From Schizochytrium sp. TIO01 (lineage: Eukaryota; Protista; Bigyra: Labyrinthulomycetes), in NCBI GenBank assembly GCA_004764695.1, contig SMSO01000007.1, forward strand, positions 744,001 to 808,000: a stretch of DNA of 64,000 nucleotides. The letters are read 5' to 3'. The position numbers were made by a program, and so were the translations under genes. Shown in pieces: positions 61,793 to 64,000 of this stretch. The notes beneath the pieces are model-generated. The model was not told where the DNA came from. It saw nothing but the letters and a program-made list of their open reading frames with translations, and did not search any database. Position 1 is the first letter of the stretch; each line of letters begins with the position of its first letter.

Positions 61793-62624
61793 AGTTTCCT
61801 AGGCTTTGGCGTGTGCGTAGACGTCTGCGCGACCTCTGATGCCGGATTGAACTTGGTCTTGTCGCCTCCGTTTATCTCCTTTCTTTCGTCTCATTCTATC
61901 GCCATTTCACTTCGCTCAACTCTTTTCCCGCATTGCAAAATATTAATATATTGCACTTTCTTGAATTTTGTTCTACTTACTGTCTCTCTAAAGTTCATAG
62001 TAACGTTAAATAGCCTACTGTAAAGGACCACTGCTACTGCAGGGTATCTACTGCTAGTGTATTTGGTAGGTGGGCAGTAGAGGCGGGAGTGGAGGGGAGG
62101 CAGGCAGGGGTTTAAGGTGGATAGGAAGCACCTTAAAATGAAGGTGCTAACTTAGAGAGGAGGTGCTAATAAGCACCCCCTCTCTTCTCTAATTACGCAG
62201 AGCTGTAAAGCTGACGTCCGAAACGAGATGAAATGCAGATATCAATTTAGTCGCGTGTTCGGGAAGTGCGTAGTAGACCTAGAAGATAAAGATGTACACA
62301 GTGCGAGATACAGAGGTTGGGGTTTGGAAGAAATTATGTGGAGGTTTTGTTGTTGCGTGGTAAGTCAAAGAAAATTAGCAATCCAAGAGCGAAGAAATAA
62401 TTTACGAGTGAGGAAATTGTCGCATAAGGACATCACGAAAAAGTTGCACAATCCTAGACTTCATCTAGTTGTGTACACGATGGTTTGCTGTGAGAGGAAT
62501 GAGTGATATATCAAGCAAGAAATGTTTGGAAGAATTTATATTGCAACTTGTGAACCCCACGACGGTAACGTGAAATGGCGAACGGTGGTTGAACGGGGGT
62601 AAAGGGTAGTATTGTATTTCTAAA

Positions 62625-63800
62625 TCAGTAACCGACCGACTTGTCGACCGGGGTTTCGAGGTCCTCACCCTTGAAGAAACGGTCAAAGTTCTTGCGGAAA
62701 GTCTTCCAACCAAGCTCATGGTAGTCAGCGGTAAGGTCGGCATTATGCGCAGTAAGCAACAGACGGTCATCCGGGACATCCCAGAGCTCGCTAGTCTCAG
62801 GGAGGGGCTCCGTTACGAAGACGTCGAGCGCAGCGTAGATGTGCTCTTCGCGGAGAACCTTGGCAAGCGCGGCCTCATCCACGGCGACTCCACGACCAAC
62901 AGAGACAAAAACCGCCCCAGGACGCATAGCACGGAAGAACTCTTCATCACAGAAGTTGGTGGTGTGCGGGGTTCCAGGCAGACTGCACACGATGAAGTCA
63001 CAGTCCTTGGCAAGTTCAAGCTTGTCCGTGTAGATTTTTTCGTCGAGGTCAGAGTCCTTCTTGTCAGGGTTCCGGCGGAGCGCAGCAATGCGCATGTTGA
63101 AGCCGTGCTTCGCAGTGCGAGCAGTGTGTTTGGCAATGTCACCGTAGCCAACAAATCCGATGAGCTTATCACGAACGACAGGCATGATGAAGCGCTCGTA
63201 GTTCTTGTTCTTTTTGTTCTCTTGGCAGCGAGTGACCCGCTTGTTGTAGTGCAGGCACGCCATGAGAGCGTACTCTGCCAGAGGATAAGAAAAGGCTCCG
63301 CGGCCGTTGCTAACCTTGATATCGTCCCGCGAGGATGTGAGCGGGCCCTGAAGAAGCTTGGCCATGTGGTCCACACCTGCACTGTAGCTGTGGATCCACT
63401 TGATGTTCTCCAGCTTTTGGCCGGGCTCCAGCAGCTTGGCAAGCGTTGCAGAGTTCGACTGCGGCGCGAGAACCATAGCCTGGGCCTGGGAGACCTTATC
63501 GCCGTATCTTTGCAAGAGGTCCTCCCCGTCGTTGGCAATCAAGAACTCCACATCGGGACCAGCAGTCTCCTTGGCAGATGCAGTTTGATCTGCGACGGGG
63601 TGGCCTTCTTTGGTCAAGTACACCACCTTGACGGTCTCTCCGCTGTAGGTTGCCATTGTGCGGTTAACTTGAGAAAATTTTGAAGTAAGGTTACGGCACA
63701 CCTGCAAGCCGAGTCCAAAGTGGCGTTGGGTTGAGTGCAGTTGCACTGTGCTGCGAGAACCTCCGCGAGCAAGAGTTTGCGTTGCCGACCGCAGCAGCAT
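62625..63800 (-). CDS. D-isomer-specific 2-hydroxyacid dehydrogenase, NAD(P)-binding, with presequence-like N-terminus
   Basis: SAGVDH, SNGRG, LAEY, VGYGDIA, LPGTPHT, VGRG (Arg), LDVFVTEPLP (Glu), LTAHNA (His); ATGs at 63800 and 63656. Confidence 0.93.
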   Translation of the reverse strand: MLLRSATQTLARGGSRSTVQLHSTQRHFGLGLQVCRNLTSKFSQVNRTMATYSGETVKVVYLTKEGHPVADQTASAKETAGPDVEFLIANDGEDLLQRYGDKVSQAQAMVLAPQSNSATLAKLLEPGQKLENIKWIHSYSAGVDHMAKLLQGPLTSSRDDIKVSNGRGAFSYPLAEYALMACLHYNKRVTRCQENKKNKNYERFIMPVVRDKLIGFVGYGDIAKHTARTAKHGFNMRIAALRRNPDKKDSDLDEKIYTDKLELAKDCDFIVCSLPGTPHTTNFCDEEFFRAMRPGAVFVSVGRGVAVDEAALAKVLREEHIYAALDVFVTEPLPETSELWDVPDDRLLLTAHNADLTADYHELGWKTFRKNFDRFFKGEDLETPVDKSVGY

Positions 63801-64000
63801 CCACGACAACACCACGCACGGTTCCGGGTCTGCTGAGCCCTGACTCAGAAGTGAACTGCCCAAGCAACGTTCCGCGACCTTGCGGCACAAAGTTTGTTCA
63901 GAGCTGGGCCTTGAGATACCAAGTGCTCTGCTACTGCGAAATAATTCGCAATCGCGGACTGCTACGACCTGCGCCCGAGATAATATATCATCTGCAGTGC

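Noticed and set aside
62718-63683. 321-aa plus-strand ORF, and similar antisense ORFs over other genes
   Set aside because: Antisense shadows of well-supported GC-rich CDSs; no independent motifs

Overview
Eukaryotic nuclear DNA: intron-poor genes of moderate GC separated by microsatellite-rich spacers. The style fits a stramenopile protist, possibly a thraustochytrid/labyrinthulomycete, but that is inference only. About 13 intact protein genes are supportable: a Zn2Cys6 transcription factor running off the left edge (missed by the ORF track), an IMP1-type S26 peptidase, a 329-aa possible Ig-fold DNA-binding protein, a 1-Cys peroxiredoxin split by a 1.9-kb intron, a 1709-aa E2F-like/WW/HMG-box/polyQ/PAH multidomain protein, SCAMP, a SET methyltransferase, a stand-alone tandem-GAF protein, a NOPCHAP1/DUF4598-like protein, a histone-fold protein, a saccharopine-dehydrogenase-like oxidoreductase, bL36 with a C-terminal extension, and a D-2-hydroxyacid dehydrogenase. 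Accessory DNA includes a stretch of decayed copia and gypsy LTR retrotransposons (about 12-20 kb), two very long microsatellites (22-25 kb), and a frameshifted virus-like double-Erv sulfhydryl oxidase (35.5-36.4 kb). The best candidate for novelty is the E2F-like protein with a degenerate DNA-recognition motif fused to WW, HMG-box and Sin3-type PAH domains. All family calls come from recognising motifs by eye; no database search was run.
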